A stretch of 64,000 bases of DNA. It comes from an uncultured Porphyromonadaceae bacterium. Its GTDB lineage: Bacteria > Bacteroidota > Bacteroidia > Bacteroidales > Barnesiellaceae_A. Shown one piece after another: positions 25,995-36,077 of this stretch (position 1 is the first letter of the stretch; every line of letters starts with the position of its first letter). Location: assembly GCA_900538705.1 (NCBI GenBank), contig UPZG01000003.1, positions 12,516 to 76,515 on the forward strand, written 5' to 3'. The position numbers and the translations under genes were made by a program. Under the pieces are notes generated by a model. The model saw only the letters and a program-made list of their open reading frames with translations, ran no database searches and was not told the DNA's origin.

Positions 25995-27671
25995 TTAGAT
26001 TCCGGCAATGTTATACTTGGCAAATTCCAAGTCGTTGCTTGCTTTCTCTTTCATGGTGGGGTCGAGGCGGAACGACTGACGCAGATTAGAGCGTACCATT
26101 TGTTCGTTGTTGGTGCGTGCGCCTAAAACAGCTTGCAGATAATAAGTGGTAGCATCGGGAGCCGATACACCGGCAAGTGTGTTACGTGCTTTGTTGTAGT
26201 CGTTTACCAAGATTTGAGCCAAGGCTGCATTGTTGCTCTTAGCATCGCCAAATGCTTTTACAGCAGCATTATAGTCGCCTTTCTTGAGGTAGTAAACTCC
26301 TAATGCTTCGTTTACCTCGGGTACATTACCAGCTTTTCCAAATTGAGCGGCAGCCTCGTCATAATTGCCATTCTTCATGGCAATAAGACCTTTGTTCATG
26401 TCGACTTCGGCCGATTGAGGAGCCTTTTGAGCAGCGGTATTGAAATATTGTTCGGCTTCGTTGTACTTGCCGGCTTTATACATCATCATACCGAGATTAT
26501 TATATCCACGATAGTCTTCGGGATAAATTTCGGTGACTTTGCGGTATATTTCAGTTTTGGCAGCATCGCTCTTTTCGAGAGTAGCAGCGTAGAGCAATTC
26601 ATCAACATTGAGAGCTGAGGGGTTGCTGTGTGCCAATGAAGATATTTCTTCATCCGATTTACCTATAACATTGATAGAAGCCGTGATACGTGAACGACGC
26701 AATTGTGGCAGAATTTCGTTTGCCAAGTCGCTATAAACAGACGAAAGGTTCTTTATTTCACGCTCTCTTTGTTCGGGGTCGCTATACATTTCAAGTACGC
26801 GGAGGATAAGGTCTTTGTCTTGAATATCAGAAGCGGTAACCAACTCTTTGAAACCGTCCCAGTCTTGAGCTGTGAATTCGGCAGTAAGGTCAGCCTGGAT
26901 GTCGTCTTTCTTCCATTGTGACTTCATGTATTTTACGGTGTTCTCTTCACGGTTTTCGGCCAAACGGGTGTTGAGTTCTACACCACCATCGGGCGATGCA
27001 TAAGAAGAGATGTTTACATTTTCTACTTCACGATTTTCGGCTGTGGTGGCATCTTTGATTTGTTGGTGGAGAGCTTTCATCTCATCCGATTTTATTTCCG
27101 AAGCTCTGATGTTGGCTTGTTGGATAAGGAATTTGATGTCGGCTGAGTAAGTCTCTTTGATGATGCGTTGGAACTTGTCGGGCGTGATGGCCGGTGTTAC
27201 TTTGCCGGCGTCAGCCATTTCTGATGTAGCGATGACGCCTTCGGCAACCTTTACACGGGGCAACTCGTAAGTTTTAGACCCTTGCTGTACGGTGAAAGCC
27301 AAATAAAGCGACGATTTTTGCATCTCGGGAACATATACAAAGTTGGCGGGCATCGTAACAACGCCACCGGCTTTGTATTGGATGGTTTGGTCGTTGCCTT
27401 TTACTTTTTCGCCTTGGAATGTTTGCGAAGCAGAGGCTGTTTCGCCAGCGCTGTAAACCAAGTACGGTGTTACGGTGACAACGGCATTTTTATTGAAATA
27501 CTTTTCGGGGAAAGTGCCTGTAATAGTGGCCGATACCATGCCGCCTTTAGCTTCGAGAGGAGACGGATTTACTTTGAAATAGTCAGCGCTGAGCGGAGCC
27601 ATTTCTTTGTTACAACTTACCAATGTCAAGAGGCAGAGGCAAAGTAGCGGGAATGTTAACTTTTTAATCAT
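25995..27671 (-). CDS. Lipoprotein with central OmpA-like motif and C-terminal TPR repeats
   Basis: Start at MIKKLTFPLLCLCLLTLVSC. The segment SSYASPDGGVELNTRLAENREENTVKYM resembles the OmpA-C peptidoglycan-binding motif. The C-terminus has at least four TPR-like units. Confidence 0.75.
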   Translation of the reverse strand: MIKKLTFPLLCLCLLTLVSCNKEMAPLSADYFKVNPSPLEAKGGMVSATITGTFPEKYFNKNAVVTVTPYLVYSAGETASASQTFQGEKVKGNDQTIQYKAGGVVTMPANFVYVPEMQKSSLYLAFTVQQGSKTYELPRVKVAEGVIATSEMADAGKVTPAITPDKFQRIIKETYSADIKFLIQQANIRASEIKSDEMKALHQQIKDATTAENREVENVNISSYASPDGGVELNTRLAENREENTVKYMKSQWKKDDIQADLTAEFTAQDWDGFKELVTASDIQDKDLILRVLEMYSDPEQREREIKNLSSVYSDLANEILPQLRRSRITASINVIGKSDEEISSLAHSNPSALNVDELLYAATLEKSDAAKTEIYRKVTEIYPEDYRGYNNLGMMMYKAGKYNEAEQYFNTAAQKAPQSAEVDMNKGLIAMKNGNYDEAAAQFGKAGNVPEVNEALGVYYLKKGDYNAAVKAFGDAKSNNAALAQILVNDYNKARNTLAGVSAPDATTYYLQAVLGARTNNEQMVRSNLRQSFRLDPTMKEKASNDLEFAKYNIAGI

Positions 27672-27812
27672 AATGTTGTGCATATAAGGTTTGTAATGTT
27701 TCTTGGTTTGACGTTATTGTAACGTATATTCTCAAGGGCAAAAATAACTAAAAGCTTATGGATTGATGATGTGATGGCAGGCTTTTTTTCTTAATTATCT
27801 ATAAATATTAAG

Positions 27813-28736
27813 CTAATTATTGTTTTCATGTTTTTGATTACGAGGATGGTGCTCTATAATCTCCTGACGCAAAAAGTGTTGGTCTAAGTGAACATAAATT
27901 TCGGTTGTGGTGATACTCTCATGGCCAAGCATTTGTTGTATGGCTCGCAGGTTTGCTCCATTTTCGAGTAAATGCGTTGCAAATGAGTGCCGTAGCGTGT
28001 GTGGACTCACTTTTTTGGTAATGCCGCAAGAGCGACAAGCTTCGCGAATAATGAAAAAAATCATTACTCGTGTGAGGTGTTTTCCCCGTCGATTGAGGAA
28101 GAGATAGTCTTCTTCGCCCGGTTTTATGTCTAAACTGTTGCGGTCGGGAAGGTACAGTTTTATTTCATGTATGGCCTCTTGTGAGATTGGCACCAGGCGT
28201 TGTTTCCCGCCTTTTCCCTCTACACAGATATACTCTTCGTTTAGATATAATTGTGATAAGCGCAGATTTACAAGTTCCGATACTCGCAATCCGCAACTAT
28301 ATAATGTTTCTAAGATAGCTCGGTTGCGTTGTCCCTCGGGAGATGTACGATCTATCGACTCTATCATGCGGTCTATCTCTTCTACCGTAAGTATTTCTGG
28401 TAGATGCCTGCCAGTTTGTGGGGTCTCTAACCCTGCCGATGGATCGTCGGCGATATAACCTTCGAGTTTAAGATATTTGAAGAAAGATTTGATACCCGAT
28501 ATGATGCGCGCTTGTGACCGTGCACTGATGCCCAAATCTTGCAATGTACACACAAAGGTGTGCAGATGCTCGGTTTTCACCTCTTCCCACGAGAGTGATG
28601 CATCGTCGAGAAACCTCGCCAGCTTCTCTATATCGTCGGTATAACCGGCAATAGTGTTTTCCGACAAGCCCTTTTCAAGTCGAAGGTAGGCGATGTATTT
28701 TTTTCTCAAATTCTCTTTTTTCTTGGCAGCAGTCAT
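27813..28736 (-). CDS. xerD: Site-specific tyrosine recombinase XerD
   Basis: Motif HTLRHSFATHLLENGANLRAIQQMLGHESITTTEIYVHL. Start moved to MTAAKKKENLRKKYIAYL (ATG at 28736). Divergent from aroQ, as in other Bacteroidales. Confidence 0.9.
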   Translation of the reverse strand: MTAAKKKENLRKKYIAYLRLEKGLSENTIAGYTDDIEKLARFLDDASLSWEEVKTEHLHTFVCTLQDLGISARSQARIISGIKSFFKYLKLEGYIADDPSAGLETPQTGRHLPEILTVEEIDRMIESIDRTSPEGQRNRAILETLYSCGLRVSELVNLRLSQLYLNEEYICVEGKGGKQRLVPISQEAIHEIKLYLPDRNSLDIKPGEEDYLFLNRRGKHLTRVMIFFIIREACRSCGITKKVSPHTLRHSFATHLLENGANLRAIQQMLGHESITTTEIYVHLDQHFLRQEIIEHHPRNQKHENNN

Positions 28737-28919
28737 ATAGCAGTCTCCCGAAAAATCTGTAATTTTGCACCCAAATTTCAGTGTTGTCCATTGTTTGTAA
28801 TGTACAAGCATTACCATGCAAAAGTAGCTAATACGACTCATTTGTGCAACGGGATAATGCTGTTAGACGGCTTTCGACGACCTTGTTGGAGCTGTAAAAA
28901 TAATCAAACACGAGGTGTT

Positions 28920-29342
28920 ATGGAAATACTTGTTATTAACGGGCCTAATCTGAACTTGCTGGGGCGTCGCGAGAAAGAGATTTACGGAACAAAATCTTTC
29001 GAAGAGTATTTGCCTTTGTTGCAGGCCCGCTTTCCATTGCATAACATACGTTATTTTCAGTCCAACAGCGAAGGGGCAATTATAGACTGCCTCCAAGAGT
29101 ATGGCTTTTCGGTAGATGGTATCGTACTTAATGCCGGGGCCTATACGCACACCTCTATTGCCATAGCCGATGCCATACGTGCTATCACAGCACAGGTTAT
29201 AGAGGTACATATCTCTAATATTCATGCCCGCGAGGAGTATAGGCATGTCTCTATGATAGCATCGGCGTGCCGTGGGCAGATAGCCGGCTTTGGGCTTGAC
29301 TCTTATAGGTTGGCCATAGAGGCGTTGACAAATGTTGAATAG
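28920..29342 (+). CDS. aroQ: Type II 3-dehydroquinate dehydratase
   Basis: Motifs MEILVINGPNLNLLGRREKEIYG and HISNIHAREEYRH. Start moved to the ATG at 28920. Confidence 0.93.
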   Translation: MEILVINGPNLNLLGRREKEIYGTKSFEEYLPLLQARFPLHNIRYFQSNSEGAIIDCLQEYGFSVDGIVLNAGAYTHTSIAIADAIRAITAQVIEVHISNIHAREEYRHVSMIASACRGQIAGFGLDSYRLAIEALTNVE

Positions 29343-29388
29343 AGCTTTCCCACAAATATATACGAACATATAGGAAAAGAAATATATT

Positions 29389-30840
29389 ATGTCTAAGTAC
29401 ACCAAGATTGTAGCTACCATTTCCGATAATCGTTGCGATGTCGGGTTTATCAAGAGTCTTTATGAAAACGGAATGAACGTTGTACGTATGAACTCGGCAC
29501 ACATGCAACGTGAAGGTTTTGAACGTGTTATTGCTAATGTACGCAAGGTATCGAACTCCATAGGTATATTGATGGATACCAAAGGGCCTGAAATTCGTAC
29601 CACAGCCTTGCAAGACGAAAAGCCTATTGCGTTTGAGCCCGGACAACATTTGCTTATGACGGGTCGCCCCGGGACGTTGACGACAAGCCGTTGTATAGGT
29701 GTTTCATATCCAGCTTTTGCAGATGAAATTCCTGTGGGTTGTCACATTCTAGTAGACGATGGCGAGCTTGAGTTTGTGGTGTGCGATAAGGTAAATGATG
29801 AGTTGATGTGTGAGGCTCTGAATGCCGGAGAACTGGGAGCCCGTAAGAGTGTTAATGTGCCGGGTGTGCGCATCAACCTTCCGTCTTTGACTCAACGAGA
29901 CCGTGACAATATACTTATCGCCATAGAAAATAATATCGACTTTATTGCCCATTCGTTTGTACGTAGCAAGCAAGACGTGTTGGATATACAGCATATCCTC
30001 GATGAGCATCGCTCACCTATCAAAATAATTGCCAAAATAGAGAATCAAGAGGGTGTAGACAATATAGATGAGATTTTGGAGGTAGCATATGGTGTGATGG
30101 TGGCACGTGGCGACTTGGGTATTGAGGTGCCGCAAGAAAAAATACCCGGCATACAACAACTGCTTATACGCAAATGTATGCAAGCCAAGAAACCGGTTAT
30201 TGTAGCTACACAATTGCTGCATTCTATGATAAAGAATCCACGGCCTACGCGTGCCGAGGTGACAGATATTGCCAATGCTATCTACAACCATACCGATGCT
30301 CTCATGCTCAGTGGTGAAACGGCTTACGGTCGTTATCCAGTAGAGTCGGTGGCGACGATGTCGCGGGTAGCAATTGAGGCAGAACGTACTCGCTTTTTTG
30401 ATAACATGGAAGTGGGTAGCGACGATAATGATGTGACCGCATTTTTGGCTCATCAGGCTGTGAAATCATCGGCCGAGTTGGGGACGAAGGCAATCATCAC
30501 CGACAGCTATACAGGTCGTACGGCACGCTACATAGCTTCGTACAGAGGTACATTCCCCGTTTTGGCATTGTGTTACAATGAACGTACAATCAGACAGTTG
30601 TCGCTCTCTTACGGGGTCTTTGCCATGTATCAGAAGAGTACCGATACTTCGCGGCAATATCTTTTCAACGGACTGACACACATGTTGGAAAAGAACTTGT
30701 TGACGCGCGACGACCTTATTGCTTATTTGGGTGGAGGTTTTGGTCCCGGACATGGTACAACTTTCCTCGAAATCAATCAGGTAGGAAAAGTACTTGATAG
30801 TTTCGACAACTATTCGCTGCCCAATATCGAAGAGGTGTAA
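29389..30840 (+). CDS. pyk: Pyruvate kinase
   Basis: Motifs KIVATISDNRC, MDTKGPEIRT and MVARGDLGIEVP. Confidence 0.95.
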   Translation: MSKYTKIVATISDNRCDVGFIKSLYENGMNVVRMNSAHMQREGFERVIANVRKVSNSIGILMDTKGPEIRTTALQDEKPIAFEPGQHLLMTGRPGTLTTSRCIGVSYPAFADEIPVGCHILVDDGELEFVVCDKVNDELMCEALNAGELGARKSVNVPGVRINLPSLTQRDRDNILIAIENNIDFIAHSFVRSKQDVLDIQHILDEHRSPIKIIAKIENQEGVDNIDEILEVAYGVMVARGDLGIEVPQEKIPGIQQLLIRKCMQAKKPVIVATQLLHSMIKNPRPTRAEVTDIANAIYNHTDALMLSGETAYGRYPVESVATMSRVAIEAERTRFFDNMEVGSDDNDVTAFLAHQAVKSSAELGTKAIITDSYTGRTARYIASYRGTFPVLALCYNERTIRQLSLSYGVFAMYQKSTDTSRQYLFNGLTHMLEKNLLTRDDLIAYLGGGFGPGHGTTFLEINQVGKVLDSFDNYSLPNIEEV

Positions 30841-30842
30841 TC

Positions 30843-31487
30843 ATGTACGATGCTATAGAGGAGTATATTTGCAAGCATATTGATGCCGAAGATCCATTGC
30901 TTGCCGAGCTCGATCGTGAGACGCATCTCTATCATTTGCGCCCTCGCATGGTGTCGGGGCATTTGCAAGGCAGCATTCTGAAGATGTTTTGCCGTATGGT
31001 GCATCCGCACCGAGTCCTTGAGTTAGGCACCTTTACAGGTTACTCGGCATTATGTTTTGCCGCAGGGATGGATGAAGATGGCGAGGTACATACGATAGAG
31101 ATAGACGATGAGATAGAAGACTTTACCCGCTCGTTTCTCTCGCGGTCGCCTTACGGTAATAAGATAAAGTTGATTATTGGCGATGCTCTCGATATTATTC
31201 CAACACTTACCGAGGTGTACGATCTTGTTTTTATCGATGCCAACAAACGCGACTATTTACATTACTATGAGGCTGTTTTGCCGTTGGTACGTCCCGGAGG
31301 TTTTATTCTTGCCGATAATACGTTATGGGATGGGAAGGTTATTACCGACCCCCACAGCCGCGATGCGCAGACGATAGGTATAGAGCATTTTAATGATACG
31401 GTAGCACAAGATACCCGTGTAGAAAAAATCATCCTTCCATTGCGTGACGGACTCACGGTTTTGTGGAAAAAACCGCTGGACGTGTAA
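30843..31487 (+). CDS. Class I SAM-dependent O-methyltransferase (caffeoyl-CoA OMT-like)
   Basis: Motifs VLELGTFTGYSALCFA and FIDANKRDYLHYYE. Confidence 0.85.
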   Translation: MYDAIEEYICKHIDAEDPLLAELDRETHLYHLRPRMVSGHLQGSILKMFCRMVHPHRVLELGTFTGYSALCFAAGMDEDGEVHTIEIDDEIEDFTRSFLSRSPYGNKIKLIIGDALDIIPTLTEVYDLVFIDANKRDYLHYYEAVLPLVRPGGFILADNTLWDGKVITDPHSRDAQTIGIEHFNDTVAQDTRVEKIILPLRDGLTVLWKKPLDV

Positions 31488-31541
31488 CAGTTGCGCCCTA
31501 TTTTTTGTTACTTTTGTATAACAGCAATCAGAGAAGTATTT

Positions 31542-31877
31542 ATGGAGACAACACGACAAAATAAAATAAGCCGTCTGCTGCAAAAAGAGTTGAGTGAGAT
31601 TTTCCTGGCACAGACGCGTAAAATGCACGGGACTATCGTATCGGTAAGTATTGTACGTATTAGTCCCGATTTGAGTATTGCTAAAGTATATTTGAGTGTG
31701 TTCCCGTCTGATAAGGCGCAAGTTACTATCGACTCGGTCAACGCATCGGCTCGCGAAATACGATATGAGTTGGCGCAACGGGTTCGCTTTCAGTTGCGTA
31801 AAATGCCTGAGTTGCGTTTCTATTTAGACGACTCGCTCGATTATATAGAGAAGATAGACAATTTGTTGCATCAGTAA
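31542..31877 (+). CDS. rbfA: Ribosome-binding factor A
   Basis: N-terminus METTRQNKISRLLQKELSEIF. Start moved to the ATG at 31542. Confidence 0.9.
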   Translation: METTRQNKISRLLQKELSEIFLAQTRKMHGTIVSVSIVRISPDLSIAKVYLSVFPSDKAQVTIDSVNASAREIRYELAQRVRFQLRKMPELRFYLDDSLDYIEKIDNLLHQ

Positions 31878-31886
31878 GCGGGTGGC

Positions 31887-33098
31887 ATGGTTTTGGCTCT
31901 GCGCATAGCAGCGCGCTATCTCTTCTCCAAAAAATCACATAGCGCCATTAATGTTATCTCTATCATTTCGGTGTGTGGGGTGGCAATTATTACGGCTGCG
32001 CTCATCTGTACGTTGTCGGTATATAATGGCTTTACACATCTGATAGGTTCGTTGCTTTCCGAGATACAGCCAGATATAAAGATATTGCCGGCATCGGGTA
32101 AGACTCTCGATGGCAATGATACTTTGTGGTCTGAGATAGCTGCGTGGGATGATGTGGCATTATTGTCACCCGTGATAGAAGAGACCGCTCTTGCTGTCTA
32201 TGACCGGCAGTTGCCTGTTGTCGTGAAAGGTATCCCCGACAATTACGATGAGCTGACGGGACTGTCCCATACCATAGTGACTGGAGAGTATATGCTTCGC
32301 GACAGTATTGTGTCCTACGCTATTATAGGAGCCGGTGTGGCAGTTCGTCTCGAGGCTGGCGTGGCCTATTCGCGACCTATAGAGCTATATGCTCCGCATC
32401 GTCGTGGACGGGTAAATATTGCCAACCCGGCAGCCTCTTTTACGTCTCGCCGCTTTTTTGTATCGGCTGCATTTTATTCTAATCAGGCTCCTTATGACGA
32501 TAATGTGGTTTATATACCCATCGATGAGGCGAGAGTTTTGTTCGATTATCCCACCGAAGCTACTGCCATAGAATTGCGGTGTGCCGATGGCGTATCTGTA
32601 GAGCGTGTTGTGCAGCAGCTTGAGAAAAAATTGGGAAGCAACTATGTGGTGCAAGACCGTTATAAACAAAACGGTGAGTCGTTTCGTTGGATGCAGATAG
32701 AGAAATGGATTACATTTCTTATTCTTGTCTTTATATTGCTCATAGCTGCTTTCAATATTGTGGGTGCCTTGTCGATGCTTATTGTAGATAAGAAAGAGAA
32801 TATAGCAACGTTGCGTAATCTGGGTGCTGATAATCGATTGATAGTGCGTATCTTCATGACCGAGGGTTGGCTCATCTCTATGATAGGTGCGTTATCGGGT
32901 CTTGTAATAGGGGTCTTGTTGTGTTGGTTGCAGCAAGAGTTTGGCCTGTTGCGTCTGGGTGAATCGGGAGCATTTATTGTTGATGCCTATCCGGTGCGGT
33001 TGGAGTGGGGCGATACGCTTGTCGTTACGGCGGTAGTCTTATTGTTGGGCATGCTCACGGCGAGTTTTCCCGCACGTATGTTGCGACGTACCATGTAG
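31887..33098 (+). CDS. FtsX-like ABC transporter permease (LolC/E-type)
   Basis: N-terminus ALRIAARYLFSKKSHSAINVIS. Four TM segments with a large periplasmic loop. Confidence 0.85.
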   Translation: MVLALRIAARYLFSKKSHSAINVISIISVCGVAIITAALICTLSVYNGFTHLIGSLLSEIQPDIKILPASGKTLDGNDTLWSEIAAWDDVALLSPVIEETALAVYDRQLPVVVKGIPDNYDELTGLSHTIVTGEYMLRDSIVSYAIIGAGVAVRLEAGVAYSRPIELYAPHRRGRVNIANPAASFTSRRFFVSAAFYSNQAPYDDNVVYIPIDEARVLFDYPTEATAIELRCADGVSVERVVQQLEKKLGSNYVVQDRYKQNGESFRWMQIEKWITFLILVFILLIAAFNIVGALSMLIVDKKENIATLRNLGADNRLIVRIFMTEGWLISMIGALSGLVIGVLLCWLQQEFGLLRLGESGAFIVDAYPVRLEWGDTLVVTAVVLLLGMLTASFPARMLRRTM

Positions 33099-33180
33099 TA
33101 TCCTGACGTATTGTATTTTTATAGGTTCGTAGTAAAATAGAGTTATGAACTCTGTTCGTTATCAATAAAGAAAGAATTTC

Positions 33181-33233
33181 TGAAAAACAATATATCCCCC
33201 GATGACCACACGAAACAGGTCATCGGGGGATAT
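33181..33233. terminator. Strong hairpin terminator between convergent genes
   Basis: Perfect stem of about 16 bp, ATATCCCCCGATGACC / GGTCATCGGGGGATAT (33192-33207 / 33218-33233). T-rich flank on the minus strand. Confidence 0.65.
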
Positions 33234-33250
33234 GTTTGTTGATGTGCGAA

Positions 33251-35770
33251 TTATTGTGCTGTGAGGGTCACACGAGCCTCAGTAAGTCCGTCGGCTGTAG
33301 CGGTCAGTGAGGCATTGCCAGCTTTACCGTTGTTTTGTAATACTACCAGACATTTGCCGTAGAAGGCTTTGCGGTGATTTGCTTTGAAACGTTCCATAGA
33401 GATGGGAGAGCCGTTGTCGACGCCTGCTATAAAGGCGTTGCCATCAACCTTGAAAAATACTTCGTTTTCGGCAAGCGGGCAAAGGTTGCCATCCTTGTCG
33501 AGAATCTCTACGGTTACAAAGCTCAAGTCTCGTCCGTCGGCATGTAGGGTGCTGCGGTCGGGAGTTAGTCGTATTTGCGCGGGCTCACCGGCGGTACGGA
33601 TAGTTTGTGAGAGTACTTCTTTACCATCTTTACGCGATACAACCTTAATTTCTCCTGGTTCAAAAGGAACGCGCCATGAAACGTGGTAGCAGCCCGGTTC
33701 TTTTGAGCGTGTACCTTGTGAAACGCCATTCAACCACAGCTCTACTTCATCTGCTTGTCCATAGTAGCACCATAGGTCAACCATTTCGCCAGCTTTGTGA
33801 TTCCAATGCGGGAAGAGGTGCAATACCGGTTTGTCAGTCCACTCGCTTTGATACATGTAATAAATGTCTTTGGGGAATCCGGCAAGATCGATAATACCGA
33901 AGTATGAACTGCGGGCAGGGAATCCGTAGGGAGTAGGTTCTCCCAGATAATCGAAACCAGTCCAGATAAACAATCCGCTGATGAAATCTCGTTCCTTGAC
34001 CATGCGCCATGTTTTTTCGTGAGTCGACCCCCAGGGTACATGGCAGTTGTCGTACGATGAGCAGGCATATGTATCGTTGTAATAAGGCAAGTCCCATCGT
34101 TCGGGGCAGATGTAAATGCTGTCGGAAGGCATGCGGTAGTAACCGCGTGTCATAATAGCCGAGGTCGCTTCGGTAACGATAAACGGCTTGCCCGGGAAGA
34201 ATCCGGGTACCGAGTCGAACCAGTCTTCGTGGTAGTTATAGCCGATGATGTCGAGAGAGCCAGCGCGGAACAAATGACTGTTGGGGCTTGGCTCATTGTT
34301 GCCTGTGGTGGTGGGGCGCGAGTCGAGACGGTTGACAATCTCACACAGGCGGCGGGTCAGCATGGAGTTTACGCTCAGGCTGTCATCTTCTTGGGCTAGT
34401 GCATTAGGGTCTTTCTGGAAGTTGAGCAATAGATTGGCTTCAGCGAGGTCGAGTGTATCGGCATTGATGTCGGTCCACTGTTCCAGTACTTCGTTGCCCA
34501 GACTCCATATAAATATCGAGGGGTGGTTACGGTCTCGCATCACAAGGTCTGTAAGGTCTCGTTCATACCATTCATTGAAGAAGCGCGAGTAGTCGTATGT
34601 GGTTTTGCGTTTCCGCCACATGTCGAACGACTCATCCATGACAATCAGCCCCATACGGTCGCACAAGTCAAGTACTTCGGGTGCAGGTGGGTTGTGCGAG
34701 CAACGATAGGCGTTACATCCCATAGCTTTCAGCATTTCGAGCTGTCGTTCTATGGCGCGTTCGTTGACGGCTGCTCCCAAACATCCTAAATCATGGTGCA
34801 TGCATACGCCTTTGATTTTCACCGGCTTTTCATTAAGGAAGAATCCTTTCTCGGCATCGAAACGGAAAGTTCTGATACCCAACGGCGAGTCATAGCTATC
34901 TATTGTTTGTCCATCGGCGATGATTTGGGTGCGTACCGTATAGAGGTAGGGGTCGTCTATCGACCAGCGACGAGGAGCTTTCAGGGTGAGTTGTAAGCTG
35001 CTTTCGGCCGTTGTGTCGGCAGGAACTGTCATAAGGCAGTCGGCATAAGCTACGGTTTTGTCATCAGCGTCGAGTATATACTGGCATACTTTTACTTCGG
35101 CTTTTTCTTGCAAGCTGTTACGGAGGCGTGTTGCCACGTTGACTGTCGCTTGTGAGTCATTTATTTCGGGAGTTGTGACATAAGTACCCCACAAATCTAC
35201 ATATATGGGTGCTACAGTCACTATCCACACGTGGCGGTATATGCCACAACCGCTATACCAACGTGAGTTGGGCTGTTCTGAGTTATCTACACGTACGGCT
35301 ACTACATTGGTGCCTGCTTGAAGATAGGGAGTAATATCGCGACGAAATGATATGTACCCATAAGGCCGTATGCCGGTAGAGTGTCCGTTGACAAAAACCT
35401 CTGACAACATGTATACCCCGTCGAAGTCGAGATATATGCGTTTGCCCGATGAGAGTAGAGTGCTATCTATGTCGAAATGCTTGCGATACCATCCTACTCC
35501 GCCAGGTAGAGCCCCTCCACCGGGCCCTGATGGGTTGTCGGCCGAAAAATCGCCTTCGATAGCCCAGTCATGTGGTAAGTTGAGTTGTCTCCATGAGCTA
35601 TCGTCAAACGACGGTTGTTCGGCATTACGTAAGTCTCCTAAATGAAACCGCCAATTGGTATCGAAATTATCACGAACTCTGGGCGACGGTGCCGGGTCGG
35701 GAAGAGGCGAGCAGGCTGTAAAGAGGCCTACTGCTAAAATAAACAAGATTTTTCCAAGAAGTTTTTTCAT
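33251..35770 (-). CDS. Glycoside hydrolase family 2 (beta-galactosidase-like), secreted lipoprotein
   Basis: Lipobox LFTAC. GH2 N-terminal signature (NFDTNWRFHLGD, WYRKHF). TIM-barrel region (RCSHNPP, NHPSIFIWSLGNE). Ig-like C-terminal domains. Confidence 0.9.
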   Translation of the reverse strand: MKKLLGKILFILAVGLFTACSPLPDPAPSPRVRDNFDTNWRFHLGDLRNAEQPSFDDSSWRQLNLPHDWAIEGDFSADNPSGPGGGALPGGVGWYRKHFDIDSTLLSSGKRIYLDFDGVYMLSEVFVNGHSTGIRPYGYISFRRDITPYLQAGTNVVAVRVDNSEQPNSRWYSGCGIYRHVWIVTVAPIYVDLWGTYVTTPEINDSQATVNVATRLRNSLQEKAEVKVCQYILDADDKTVAYADCLMTVPADTTAESSLQLTLKAPRRWSIDDPYLYTVRTQIIADGQTIDSYDSPLGIRTFRFDAEKGFFLNEKPVKIKGVCMHHDLGCLGAAVNERAIERQLEMLKAMGCNAYRCSHNPPAPEVLDLCDRMGLIVMDESFDMWRKRKTTYDYSRFFNEWYERDLTDLVMRDRNHPSIFIWSLGNEVLEQWTDINADTLDLAEANLLLNFQKDPNALAQEDDSLSVNSMLTRRLCEIVNRLDSRPTTTGNNEPSPNSHLFRAGSLDIIGYNYHEDWFDSVPGFFPGKPFIVTEATSAIMTRGYYRMPSDSIYICPERWDLPYYNDTYACSSYDNCHVPWGSTHEKTWRMVKERDFISGLFIWTGFDYLGEPTPYGFPARSSYFGIIDLAGFPKDIYYMYQSEWTDKPVLHLFPHWNHKAGEMVDLWCYYGQADEVELWLNGVSQGTRSKEPGCYHVSWRVPFEPGEIKVVSRKDGKEVLSQTIRTAGEPAQIRLTPDRSTLHADGRDLSFVTVEILDKDGNLCPLAENEVFFKVDGNAFIAGVDNGSPISMERFKANHRKAFYGKCLVVLQNNGKAGNASLTATADGLTEARVTLTAQ

Positions 35771-36050
35771 GCGTTAGGCAGATTTAAGATGATTATATAA
35801 AGAGAATATCAGCTGAAAATTGGCAAAATAATATTTCAATCTAAATGTGCTGAGTAGAACTTGCTTGCTTCGTTGCAGGCATTGTTAAGTTTTTCTCGAG
35901 ATATACAAATATACAAAACTATTGTTAAGATAATGATGCGAAATGTATTTGTTTTATTTTTATCCTCCTCAGGTTGTTATGATAGTGGTATGTGTTGCGT
36001 TGTAGGAGTCAAAAAAAAGGATATATTTTGCTTTCTGCCTGCGTTTTGCA

Positions 36051-36058
36051 TATCTTTG
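36051..36058 (+). promoter_or_regulatory. -7 box (TAtcTTTG) for rsgA
   Basis: Exact motif ending 19 nt before the ATG at 36078. Confidence 0.5.
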
Positions 36059-36077
36059 TTTTATAAATTGAAAAAGC

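Noticed and set aside
27813-28736. The tyrosine recombinase as a marker of an integrative mobile element or invertible promoter.
   Set aside because: The sequence and its context (divergent from aroQ-pyk-rbfA) fit housekeeping XerD. I found no flanking direct or inverted repeats, tRNA target or cargo genes.
28863-29453. 196-aa minus-strand ORF, plus similar shadow ORFs at 13202-13708 and 5511-6062.
   Set aside because: They are antisense to aroQ/pyk, lpxB and the XRE/S24 gene respectively. The sense-strand genes have strong family signatures.
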